This document shows, one piece after another, positions 1 through 9,900 of a stretch of DNA of 64,000 bases. The stretch lies in NCBI GenBank assembly GCA_945870025.1, contig CAMBQN010000004.1, forward strand, positions 65,017-129,016. The letters run 5' to 3'. Origin of the DNA: Akkermansia muciniphila. Its GTDB lineage: Bacteria; Verrucomicrobiota; Kiritimatiellia; RFP12; JAAYNR01. Position numbers and translations under genes: made by a program. Each line of letters opens with the position of its first letter. The first letter of the stretch is position 1. The notes under the pieces are model-generated. The model was not told where the DNA came from. It made no database searches and saw nothing but the letters and a program-made list of their open reading frames with translations.

Positions 1-2718
1 AAAAAACTGGTCAAGCTTGGCCGACGGCGCCACGGCTTTCTTCACCAACTCCTCGGACTTGAGCAGCCCCAGGTGGCAGCAGACCTGCCGAAGGCGCAGC
101 AGCATCGCCAGAATTTCCATGCGGCAGCGACCGAATCCCTTCTCGCGCACCAGGTCGCCAATCTTTCGCCGTGATTCCTGCAGCAGCGTGTTGTAGACCT
201 GCTGTTGGTCGGGAGTCAGGATGCAGTACGACACCTTCTCGATTTTAGCGGGGAGGTCCTTGGCGACGTCCTTCTTGAGGCGTCTGAGCAGGAAGGGGTG
301 AAGCTTGCGGCGGAGTTTGAGCTGCGCCTGCGCGCCCGATTCCCCGCCCACGCCGATCGGCCCTTCGTAATGCGCGTGAAACGTGTCGTATTCGCCGAGA
401 TAGCCGGGCATCAAGAAGTCCATGATCGACCACAGGTCGGCGACCGAGTTTTCGACGGGCGTTCCGGTGAGCACCAGCCGGGACGCCGCGCGGATCTGCT
501 TGGCGGCGACGGCGTTCTGCGTGGAGCGGTTCTTGATGTGCTGGGCCTCGTCGAGAATGGCGACCGAAAAGGTGTGGCTTGCGTAGCAGGCTTCGAGATC
601 GCGGCGCAGCAGCGCGTAGGAGGTGATCACCACGTCGTGTTGGGGGATCTGTTCAAACAGCGTGTGGCGAGAGGACCCATTGAGCACGAGGCGCCGCAGC
701 TTCGGGACGAAGCGCTCGGCTTCGCGGTTCCAGTTCTCAACCAGACTCGTCGGACAGACGATCAGGGCGGGCTTGCCTCGGACATCGGTCGAGACGCGTT
801 CCAGACTGAGCCAGACCAGCGTCTGAAGGGTCTTGCCGAGGCCCATCTCATCGGCAAGCAGCCCACTGAACCCCGACGCTTCGAGGAAACGAAGCCAGTA
901 CACGCCCTGCTTCTGGTAATCGCGCAGGGTTTGTTCGAGCCTATCGTCGCCCAGCGGGACGGGCGTGAGCTTCAGGTCGCGGTTTTGCTGCCGCGCAGAG
1001 GCGCGCCAATCGGGCGGCTCTTCGACGTCAATTCCGTCGATAGCCGCCAGCGAGGACTGGACGAATGGCGCGTAGACCGTGGGGAGGCGGAAAGTTCCGG
1101 GGCGCCCGCCGTCACGCGCCCGGCAGTCGCTGAAGACATCGCGCATCGACTCGACGGCCGAACGGTCGATGAGGATAGCCTGGCCATCGCGCTCGATGAA
1201 CGACTCCCGGCGGTTCAGAGCGCGCTGGATGTCGGCGGGCGTCAGCGCCGGACCTCCGGCGCATTCGAAATCCAGACCCACCTCAAACCAGTTCGTTCCG
1301 GAAGACGTTCCGACCCGGACCACCGGCGTGACCACCGGCATCGCCTCATAAAAGTCCGCCACGCGGCCTTCGGTCGTGACCTTCCACCCCATCCGACGCA
1401 GTGCGGGGAGGTCGCTGCCGAGAAAGTTGAGCACGGCACGCGTGCCGATGATCGGCTCAAAGCCGTCGCCCTGCTCTCCCGAAAAACCCAGGGTGTTGAG
1501 GTGGTGAAGCGCCCGCAGTTCCAATTCCGGGTTGCGTCCCCAATACTGGAGCAGGTCATCGGGATCGGGAATGGTGAAGGCCCCCGCCGTGTCGGGCCCG
1601 GCTACGGCAAACGAGGTCTGTCCATAGGTGGCCCTCAGATCAACCGCGATCGAGGCGGGGCTGCCCCGCACCACCAGGTGAAAGACCGGTTGGGCACAGG
1701 AGATGGTGAAGAGATCGGAGTCGATCTCGCAAACCACGGGGATGTCCTGCTGCAACCGGGGTAGCTCGTTCTGCATAAAACGCAGAACGTCGGCACGGGG
1801 AATGGCCACCGGATCCGCGCTCCAATAGAGCGCGTGGTAGGGGAGGGGAAGTGTTTTTTTCAGTGGCCAGAGGGCGTCGTTGACCAGCGCCCAGCTTTTT
1901 TTGTTGCAGGCCAGATAGGTCGGAAAAGTCGTCGGGTTGGCGCCTGGGATGGCCGTTTCAGGAAAGATCAACAGCTCGCCGGTCTCGCGGTCGAGGTCGA
2001 CGCGCAGGGAGAAGTCGAGCGGCGTGTCGCGGACGTTGACATCGGTGTTGTCGGTGACCGGCAGCGCGCGGCGGCGCGAGAGTTCGAGGATGTTGAAGAA
2101 ATCAGACGTGTTGACCGTGACTCGGGCGGGCGGAGTGCCTTCGCAGATATCCTCCAGCACCGAAAGCAGGGTGTCATCGGCGTGTGAGAGGGCGTAACCG
2201 GCGGGGTCGGTGAGCGCGGCGGAGGGAAGGAGTTGGGCGCCGATCTGAAAGACGCAGCCGAGCTCGACCGCATCGCGCGCTACGGCGTCGGTCCAGTCCT
2301 TGGGAAGAAACACCAACAGCGTCGCGGGGGTGCCGCGGGGGTTGCGGCGGATCGGCGTGGCGGCAGCGCGGGCGGCCGTGGCGCGGGCGTGGCGCTGTTC
2401 CTCCTGATATTTTTGTTCGCGAAGCGGGTCCGTACTCCGCTGCATCACTAGAATCGCCATGGCCACGACATGCGAGCAGATCAGATTCTGTTCCCGGTTG
2501 ATGTAACAGGGGCAGTGGCTCTCGACCGTTCCGTTTTCATTGATTTTAAGTTTGGAGACGAGATTGGCGCCGCTGCTGCGGGCGACAACCCCCTCCAGCC
2601 ACGGACCGTTTACGTCCGCGCGCAGGACGCCGCCGCGTTTGACGAGCGCTTCCGCCTCGCGATAAACAGCGCCGCCGCCCCAGTTAAGAATTTGATTCTG
2701 GCTCAGCTTGATCGGCAT
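1..2718 (-). CDS. SNF2-family helicase with N-terminal SWIM zinc finger (C-terminus runs off the window)
   Basis: Absent from the ORF track because there is no stop inside the window. My reverse-strand translation from ATG (2718-2716) stays open for 906 codons to position 1. It begins MPIKLSQNQILNWGG and has a SWIM-like CPCYINREQNLICSHVVAM. SNF2 motifs follow: LLADEMGLGKT, ILDEAQHIKN, LTGTPVENS. Confidence 0.85.
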   Translation of the reverse strand, partial: MPIKLSQNQILNWGGGAVYREAEALVKRGGVLRADVNGPWLEGVVARSSGANLVSKLKINENGTVESHCPCYINREQNLICSHVVAMAILVMQRSTDPLREQKYQEEQRHARATAARAAATPIRRNPRGTPATLLVFLPKDWTDAVARDAVELGCVFQIGAQLLPSAALTDPAGYALSHADDTLLSVLEDICEGTPPARVTVNTSDFFNILELSRRRALPVTDNTDVNVRDTPLDFSLRVDLDRETGELLIFPETAIPGANPTTFPTYLACNKKSWALVNDALWPLKKTLPLPYHALYWSADPVAIPRADVLRFMQNELPRLQQDIPVVCEIDSDLFTISCAQPVFHLVVRGSPASIAVDLRATYGQTSFAVAGPDTAGAFTIPDPDDLLQYWGRNPELELRALHHLNTLGFSGEQGDGFEPIIGTRAVLNFLGSDLPALRRMGWKVTTEGRVADFYEAMPVVTPVVRVGTSSGTNWFEVGLDFECAGGPALTPADIQRALNRRESFIERDGQAILIDRSAVESMRDVFSDCRARDGGRPGTFRLPTVYAPFVQSSLAAIDGIDVEEPPDWRASARQQNRDLKLTPVPLGDDRLEQTLRDYQKQGVYWLRFLEASGFSGLLADEMGLGKTLQTLVWLSLERVSTDVRGKPALIVCPTSLVENWNREAERFVPKLRRLVLNGSSRHTLFEQIPQHDVVITSYALLRRDLEACYASHTFSVAILDEAQHIKNRSTQNAVAAKQIRAASRLVLTGTPVENSVADLWSIMDFLMPGYLGEYDTFHAHYEGPIGVGGESGAQAQLKLRRKLHPFLLRRLKKDVAKDLPAKIEKVSYCILTPDQQQVYNTLLQESRRKIGDLVREKGFGRCRMEILAMLLRLRQVCCHLGLLKSEELVKKAVAPSAKLDQFF

Positions 2719-3013
2719 GGGTAAGCCGTTAGTGGTCGGTCAGGTTGTCAAACACTCCCTTGCACAGCATGCAACGGCCGGAATACGACGGTTTCTCAGC
2801 GATCATGTCAATACCTCCAGTTCAATTTCGCGTGGTTCAAACATTCGATAAAGGACAGGTCCCTTTTCAAGCAGACCGCGGTACTTTATCACAAATCCTT
2901 TGGTTTTGGGTATCCCATTACACGTCTTGTCTTTGCGTTGTGTGATTTTTTTGGTATCTTTCTCTTTTTCATGAGCAGGTCGCCAGACCTGCCAGGCTAT
3001 TGAGGACAGGACT

Positions 3014-6000
3014 ATGCAGATACTTAAAGCGATTTTTGGGACCAAGAATCAGCGCGACGTGAAGCGGATGCGTCCGATGGTGGCTCGGATCAATGCGTGG
3101 GAACAGCAATATCAGGCGCTCTCGGATGTCGACCTGCGCGCCAAGACGGTGGAATTTCGGGAGCGGGTGAGGCTAGGCGAGACGCTCGACAGTCTCCTGT
3201 TCGAGGCCTTTGCTGTGGTGAAAAACGCCTGTCGCCGGTTGTGCGGCTCGCGTCGGATGGTGTGTGGCCACGAATTGCCGTGGGAAATGGTGCCGTTCGA
3301 CGTGCAGCTCATGGGCGGCATTGTGCTGCACGAGGGGAAGATTGCCGAAATGCAGACCGGCGAAGGCAAGACGCTGGTGGCGACCCTGCCGCTCTATCTC
3401 AACGCCCTCTCCGGCAAGAACGTGCATCTGGTGACGGTCAACGACTACCTCGCCCTGCGCGACTCGCAGTGGATGGGGGCCGTGCTGGAATTTCTCGGCC
3501 TGACGGTCGGATGTATCCAGAATGACATGTCGCCGACGCAGCGGCGGCAGCAGTACGCCTGCGATGTGACCTACGGCACCAACAGCGAATTTGGCTTTGA
3601 CTACTTGCGCGACAACGGCATGGCCATGGATCCGTCGCAGGTGGTGCAGAACGGCCATACGTTCGCCATCATCGACGAGGTGGACAGTATTCTGATTGAC
3701 GAAGCCCGGACGCCGCTGATCATTTCCGGCGTTGCCCAGCAGGCAGCCGCACACCAGTATGCCGAACTCAAGCCGCTGGTTGAGCGACTCTTCAAGCGGC
3801 AGCAGGAGCTGTGCAACCGTCTGATCGGCGAGGCCAAGCAGGCGCTGGATGCCAAGGATCAGGAAACGGCGATGTGGCGGCTCTTCCAGGTCTACCACGG
3901 CACGCCCAAGCACAAGCAGTTTCTCCACCTGCTGGAAGAGACGGCCGTGCGGAAGCTGCACGAGCAGGTGGAGAGCATGATGCTCACGGAGATGCGCAAG
4001 GAGCAGGCCCGCGATCTTCGGGAGGAGATGTTTTTCACGATCGACGAACGGACCCGCGAGGTCTCGCTGACCGACAAGGGGTGCGAGGCGATGAATCCGG
4101 ACGATCCGTCGATGTACCTGATGCCCGACCTGATCACCACGATGTCGGCGATCGAGGGCGACACGTCGATCAGCCCCGCCGAGCGGACCCTGCGCACGCA
4201 GACGGCGCGGTCCGATTTCATGGAGCGCAGTGAACGGGTCCGCAACGTCGACCAGCTTCTCCGCGCCTACAGCATCTACGAACGCGACGTGGACTACGTG
4301 GTTCAGGACAACCGGGTTCTGATCGTGGACGAGTTCACCGGCCGCATCCTGCCGGGCCGCCGCTGGAGCGACGGCCTCCACCAGGCGGTGGAGGCGAAAG
4401 AGGGCGTGCAGATCGAGCGCGAGACGCAAACCCTGGCGACCATCACGATTCAGAACTACTTCCGCCTCTACAAGAAGTTGGCGGGTATGACCGGCACCGC
4501 CGAAACGGAGGCGGGCGAGTTCTCGGATATATACAAGCTGGACGTCTCGGTGATTCCCACCAACCGTCCGATCCGCCGCGTCGACCAGAACGATCTGATC
4601 TTCAAGACCCAGCGCGAGAAGTTTAAGGCGGTCATTGAAGAGGTGTCCGAACGCCATCGCAACGGCCAGCCGGTGCTGCTCGGCACGGTGACGGTCGACA
4701 CGTCGGAGGTCATCAGCCGCATGTTGCGCATGGCCCACATCCCGCACAATGTGCTGAATGCGAAGAACCATGCGCGCGAGGCCGAGATCGTCGCGCTGGC
4801 GGGCCAGCCGGGAACCGTGACCATCGCCACGAACATGGCCGGCCGCGGCACCGACATCAAGCTCGGCCCCGGCGTGGTGTGGGCGCCCGAGTCGGTGGTC
4901 AAGTCGCAGCTCACGCTCGAAGAGAAACCGGCGGGCGAGGCTCGGACGCTGCGGGATCTGCTCAACGAGCGCCCCTGCGGACTCCACGTGATCGGCTCCG
5001 AGCGCCATGAATCGCGCCGCATCGACCGTCAGCTCCGCGGCCGGTGCGCCCGGCAGGGCGACCCCGGCTCGTCCCGGTTTTATATTTCGCTCGAAGACCA
5101 GCTCATGCGGTTGTTCGGCTCCGACCGCATTTCGGGGATCATGACCCGCCTCGGCATGCAGGAAGGCGAGGCACTCGAACACCGCTGGTTGAACCGCTCG
5201 GTCGAGACAGCGCAACGCCGCGTGGAGCAGCAGAACTTCTCCATCCGCAAACGGACGCTCGAATACGACGATGTGATGAACAAGCAGCGTTCGGTCATCT
5301 ACGAGCTGCGGGGTGAGGTGCTCTGCTCGGATTCGCCGCACGAAAAGATTCTGGACATCTTCAACGACTTGATCCTTTCCCAGTGCGAAGGCTTCCTCGA
5401 ATCGCGGAAGGTCAGTGAGTGCCGACCCGCTGAACTGGCCGAGGCGTTGATGACGGCGTTTCCGATCGCCGTGACCGCCGATGAGCTGGGGGCGTTTGCG
5501 GGCAAGCCGGAGGATGCCGCCCAACAAATATATTCGCGCGTGGCCGAGGCTTACGAGGTGAAGTGCGCGATGGAGCCGCCGGCATCGCTGGCGTTTCTGG
5601 AACGTCAGGTGGTGCTGAGCTGCATTGACCAGCAATGGCAGGAATATCTGCGGGCCATGGACGAACTGCGCCACGGGGTGAGCCTGCGCGCCTATGGCCA
5701 GCGCGATCCGCTGGTGGAGTACAAGCGCGAGGCGTTCAAGATGTTTGAAGAGCTGGTCGAGCACATCAAAACCGATGTCGCGCATACGGTCTTCCGCGCC
5801 ACGGCGTCGATTGACAATTTCGACCGTCTGATGCATGGCGGCGGCGTCCGTCGGCAGCAGACCATCCACCAGTCGGTCTCGCTTCTGGGGGCTGCCAACG
5901 CGGAGGACATCACCCCGTTTGACGACAACGCGCAGTCGTCAATGGCGGTTCCGGCCGGGGCGGCGGCCAATTTTGATGCGGCGCTCGATGCCATGGGCAA

Positions 6001-6115
6001 GCCCGCCGCCACGCCGCAGCCGGTCCGCCGCGACGAGCCGCGAGTGGGCCGCAACGATCCCTGCCCGTGCGGCAGCGGCAAGAAGAACAAGAAGTGTTGC
6101 GGCCAAGGTTCATGA
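3014..6115 (+). CDS. secA: Preprotein translocase ATPase SecA
   Basis: 1033-aa ORF. N-terminus [19 protein letters not shown], Walker [13 protein letters not shown]-like [21 protein letters not shown], and the C-terminal zinc motif [14 protein letters not shown]. Confidence 0.97.
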   Translation: MQILKAIFGTKNQRDVKRMRPMVARINAWEQQYQALSDVDLRAKTVEFRERVRLGETLDSLLFEAFAVVKNACRRLCGSRRMVCGHELPWEMVPFDVQLMGGIVLHEGKIAEMQTGEGKTLVATLPLYLNALSGKNVHLVTVNDYLALRDSQWMGAVLEFLGLTVGCIQNDMSPTQRRQQYACDVTYGTNSEFGFDYLRDNGMAMDPSQVVQNGHTFAIIDEVDSILIDEARTPLIISGVAQQAAAHQYAELKPLVERLFKRQQELCNRLIGEAKQALDAKDQETAMWRLFQVYHGTPKHKQFLHLLEETAVRKLHEQVESMMLTEMRKEQARDLREEMFFTIDERTREVSLTDKGCEAMNPDDPSMYLMPDLITTMSAIEGDTSISPAERTLRTQTARSDFMERSERVRNVDQLLRAYSIYERDVDYVVQDNRVLIVDEFTGRILPGRRWSDGLHQAVEAKEGVQIERETQTLATITIQNYFRLYKKLAGMTGTAETEAGEFSDIYKLDVSVIPTNRPIRRVDQNDLIFKTQREKFKAVIEEVSERHRNGQPVLLGTVTVDTSEVISRMLRMAHIPHNVLNAKNHAREAEIVALAGQPGTVTIATNMAGRGTDIKLGPGVVWAPESVVKSQLTLEEKPAGEARTLRDLLNERPCGLHVIGSERHESRRIDRQLRGRCARQGDPGSSRFYISLEDQLMRLFGSDRISGIMTRLGMQEGEALEHRWLNRSVETAQRRVEQQNFSIRKRTLEYDDVMNKQRSVIYELRGEVLCSDSPHEKILDIFNDLILSQCEGFLESRKVSECRPAELAEALMTAFPIAVTADELGAFAGKPEDAAQQIYSRVAEAYEVKCAMEPPASLAFLERQVVLSCIDQQWQEYLRAMDELRHGVSLRAYGQRDPLVEYKREAFKMFEELVEHIKTDVAHTVFRATASIDNFDRLMHGGGVRRQQTIHQSVSLLGAANAEDITPFDDNAQSSMAVPAGAAANFDAALDAMGKPAATPQPVRRDEPRVGRNDPCPCGSGKKNKKCCGQGS

Positions 6116-6210
6116 CGGTGTGAGACGTCGCGAGACGACGTGTGAGGGTGTGTGAGATGGGACGAAGACGGACGCGGCCGCCAGCGGACTGGCGGCCGAA
6201 GAGGAGACTG

Positions 6211-6804
6211 ATGAGACCGCTACTGATTGTGATGTCCGCGCCGTCCGGCGCGGGAAAGACGACGCTGTGCGACCGGTTGCTGCAGGACTATCCCGAAATC
6301 ACCTATTCGGTTTCCTGTACGACGCGCGCCCCACGCGGGTTGGAAGAGGATTGCGTGGACTATTTCTTTCTGACCCCCGCCGCGTTTGCGGAGCGGGTTG
6401 CCGCCGGCCGGTTTATGGAACACGCCACCGTTCACGGCAACCGTTACGGTACGCTGCGCGAACCGGTTGAGGAGGCGCTGGCCGAGGGGCAAAGCGTGCT
6501 GATGGATATTGACGTCGAGGGAGCCGCCCAGGTGCGGGCGTTTGTTGAAACGCTGCCTGCAGGGCATCTGATGCGCGATGGGTTTGTCGACATCTTCGTG
6601 CGTCCGCCTAGCCTGGCCGCGCTGCGTGCCCGACTCGATGGACGGGGCGAGGATTCGGAAGAGGCGATGGAGATCCGGATGGAAAATGCCGCGGGCGAAA
6701 TGGCGCGCGCCGACGAATTTGGCCACCAGATCGTCAACGATCATCTCGAAACAGCCTATCGCGAACTGGTCGAGGTGATCGAGGAGGCGGGACGCGCCTA
6801 TTAG
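6211..6804 (+). CDS. gmk: Guanylate kinase
   Basis: P-loop SAPSGAGKTT and the TTRAPRGLEEDCVDYFF motif. I prefer the internal ATG at 6211, preceded by GAGGAG, over the ORF-track start at 6142. Confidence 0.9.
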   Translation: MRPLLIVMSAPSGAGKTTLCDRLLQDYPEITYSVSCTTRAPRGLEEDCVDYFFLTPAAFAERVAAGRFMEHATVHGNRYGTLREPVEEALAEGQSVLMDIDVEGAAQVRAFVETLPAGHLMRDGFVDIFVRPPSLAALRARLDGRGEDSEEAMEIRMENAAGEMARADEFGHQIVNDHLETAYRELVEVIEEAGRAY

Positions 6805-6909
6805 CGCCTTACAGGCCCGCAACACCAATAAAAAAAGTTGTTATCCCCCTTTCTCTCTGGGAGAGGGAATGTGTGAGGGTTGCGGGTGGAGCCCGCATTA
6901 GATTTTCGG

Positions 6910-9900
6910 TTAGTCGGCCGCCTTGGTGACGGGTTTATCCATGTCGAAGAGCAGGCTGCGGGAGCGTTGACCGGTCTTAACATCGTAGAAGAGCACGAAG
7001 ATGTTGCCGGGATCGGTATTGTAATCCATGCCAATCGGATTATCCACAGAGGCTGAGATCTGCACCAAGAGCGTGTTTTCGCCCTGACGCAGCTTGAAGG
7101 GTCCTTTGGGCATCTTCGCGTTCGGTCTCGAGTCATAGATCAGTTGGCCGTTGAGCAGAAAGCGGCCGACGAAGCGCCTATCGCTGATGGGTGGCGTTGA
7201 TTTTTTGTCTTCTTTGTTTACGCTATGGACCACCTGATCGTCTAAACAGGTATAGGCGACCGTCCGGCGGCCGGCCTTGACGGTGACTTCGCGGTCGTCG
7301 GGAGACCAGACGCGGGTGGCCGCGCAAATGACGTCCAACGCCTTCGGCAAGGGTTTAAGATTACCGAGCCAGATACTGTTTCCAAACATCGCCCGCGTCC
7401 ATCCCTTCAGGGGATCCGAAGCCCCGAAAATGGTCTTCGTGTTTCCGGACCAGGGTCCGTCGGAATCGAGCAGATCTCCAAGCTCCGCAGACCGCTCGAT
7501 CATCTGAGAGATATCCGCATCGCCGCCATCCTTTGCATAAGCGCCGTCACTATCCTTGATCGTCGGCATGGTGCTGGCGTTATTGACCCACCAGCGCGAG
7601 AGGGTGCGCACTTCGACGATGGTTTCGCCTTCCTGAGAAGAGGCGGGTGCGAGTGTCGCGCGGTAAGTGATCGGGTACTGACCGTCGGATACGGCGATGT
7701 CCTGCGGCCGGCAGGGAATGGTGACGCTGATTCCTTTTTTGGCGGGGACATCGACGCGCTGCGTCGGCTTCGGCATGACGATCCCTTCGACCGGCTGTAG
7801 TTCGATGGTGATCGTCTGTGTCGTGGCGGTGGCGTTGGTCACGATCACCGAGGCGGCACCGTCGATGAGTCCATTGATGACGGGCGGGGCGACATCCCAG
7901 GGATTGGTCAGCAATCGCACGTTCTGCCGAACTAGGACCGTGCCGTCGGAGGTCTTAACCCAGACAGGAATGGTCAGGTCCCGGCGCTGGATCTGGCGCG
8001 CGGTCTTGCGGGCGATGACGACCGGTATTGAGAAACGGGTCGTCGTTTTCGGGGCGGCGGTGAACTGGCACGAGGCAATGCCTCCGGGGAAGCAGTTTGT
8101 GGGCAGGGCCGATCCGAACTCGAGTTTCAGCGGTTCGTCGCCGCCATTGGAGAACGTGCCGGTCAGATTGAAGATGCCGATATCGGGAACACGCAGATCC
8201 GGCAGAGGATCAACCTGAAGCCTATGTTGTTTCGGGCGTTCGTCCAGTTTCGCGGTCCAGCCGGTGCCGAGCGGATTCTGGTTACCGCCGAGGTCACGGA
8301 TGGTCAGGGGCAGTTCAACGCGTTGACCGGTGGCCATATTCAGGACCTCGAGCGTGGCCGGGCCTTCGGACTCGGTGCCCATGATCCAATACTCGAAGAT
8401 CCCTTTGCCGCCTTCGAACAGCCGGTGCTGGACCGAGTTCGAAACCGGTTCGTTCCTGGGCCCGCGCCGCAGGGTGCCGCACAGGGTCGTGCTCCGGGCC
8501 TGTGGCTTTCCGTCGGGCCCCTGGATTTCGCAATCGACGCGAAGCGATCCGCCACGGCCGACCTCGGGGCTGACGGTGCGGGCGACGAATTTTCCGGCAG
8601 GCGCCTCGACCAGACCTAGGATGGCGCCGGAGCCGGCTCGGGCGGAAACGTCAACATGGCGTAAACCCTTGGTTTCGACAACCGGGTAACTGCGGTCGTC
8701 GCGCACGTCGTAGAGGGAGACGATGCGCGGGTCGGCGATGAGGATGCGCGCGGTCACGATTGACGGCAGGACGACGATCCTGTCGACCTCGACCTCACGC
8801 TCGCCAGGCTCGAATGTCAATTCGTAGTCGCTACCGCTGAACAATTCATAGCTGGGGCCGGCGGCCTCCCAGACGAAACCGTCGGTCGGAACCTCGGCAC
8901 GCAACCTGGCGCCCCCCGGCTTGCCCCAGATGCCCGGCGGGTCATAGGCCTTGCCATCGCGCTTCATGGAGAACCGGAGCGTGTATTCAGGCTTCGCCGG
9001 CGCTGTGCTCACCTTGCGACGGATCCAAACCTGACCCTCCATCGTCTCCTGACTCTTGAATCTGAGGGTGACCGGCGTCATGCCGGCCTTGAACCTGACC
9101 GGCTTGTCCGGCGCAAATCGGGCTGCGGCCTGCTTCTCGCGGGCGTCAATGTCCCAGTTCGAGAGCGAACCCTCGAGGACGTTGTTGGCCTGCATCAGGA
9201 GATAGCGCTGCGATCCGTCGGCAGTGTCGAGAATCCGACAGACGATGCGTCGGTCAGTGCGTCCGGAACTGTCGACGACGCGAAAGACGTCTCGCGTCAA
9301 TCCCTGGCGTTCGAGCACCGCGAGCCAAAACTGCGTCCACCCCTCGTAATCCCACGGTGACTCATCGCCCGACCGGGCACCCAATCCGCAGATTTCACTT
9401 TCCAAATTGACGTAAATGAAGAGCCCCTTGCCGACCTGGCCGAAAATCAGCCCGGCGGCGTCGGTCAAACCACTTTTGGCCGTCACACCTGAGGCCGAAC
9501 CGAGCTTGCCGTAGAGCCAGGCGTCGCGGACGCCCGGCAGAAGCTTGGCCAGCGGGTTCAGGTCAACTCGTTTGACTCCGTTGCTATTCTCCCCGGCCGA
9601 CACCTGTACGCCAAATTCGGCGGCGATGGTCGGACTTCCATTGGGCGTCGAGATGAGAACGGCGCCGTTCTCGACGGCACGGCGGATGGCGGCAATCTGT
9701 TCCGGTTTGATGTCGTTGTTATTCCCGTCAATGATGATCCGGTACTTCGTGACGTCCTTGTCGCCTTCGATCCGGGCCATATAGGATCCGTTCTTGGCGG
9801 CGTCGGGCAAGATGCCCAAGGCCACCAGCATCTCGTTCACCGGCGTGGCGTTGTTGACGCCGGGACCATAGACGACGATGTCAGGGGAAATCCGCGCGCG

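Noticed and set aside
205-1764. 519-aa +strand ORF
   Set aside because: Antisense shadow of the SNF2 helicase gene. Arg/Gly/Asp/Val-rich, no motifs, TTG start.
3173-5869. 898-aa minus-strand ORF
   Set aside because: Lies entirely antisense to secA and has His/Arg/Leu-rich high-GC shadow composition.
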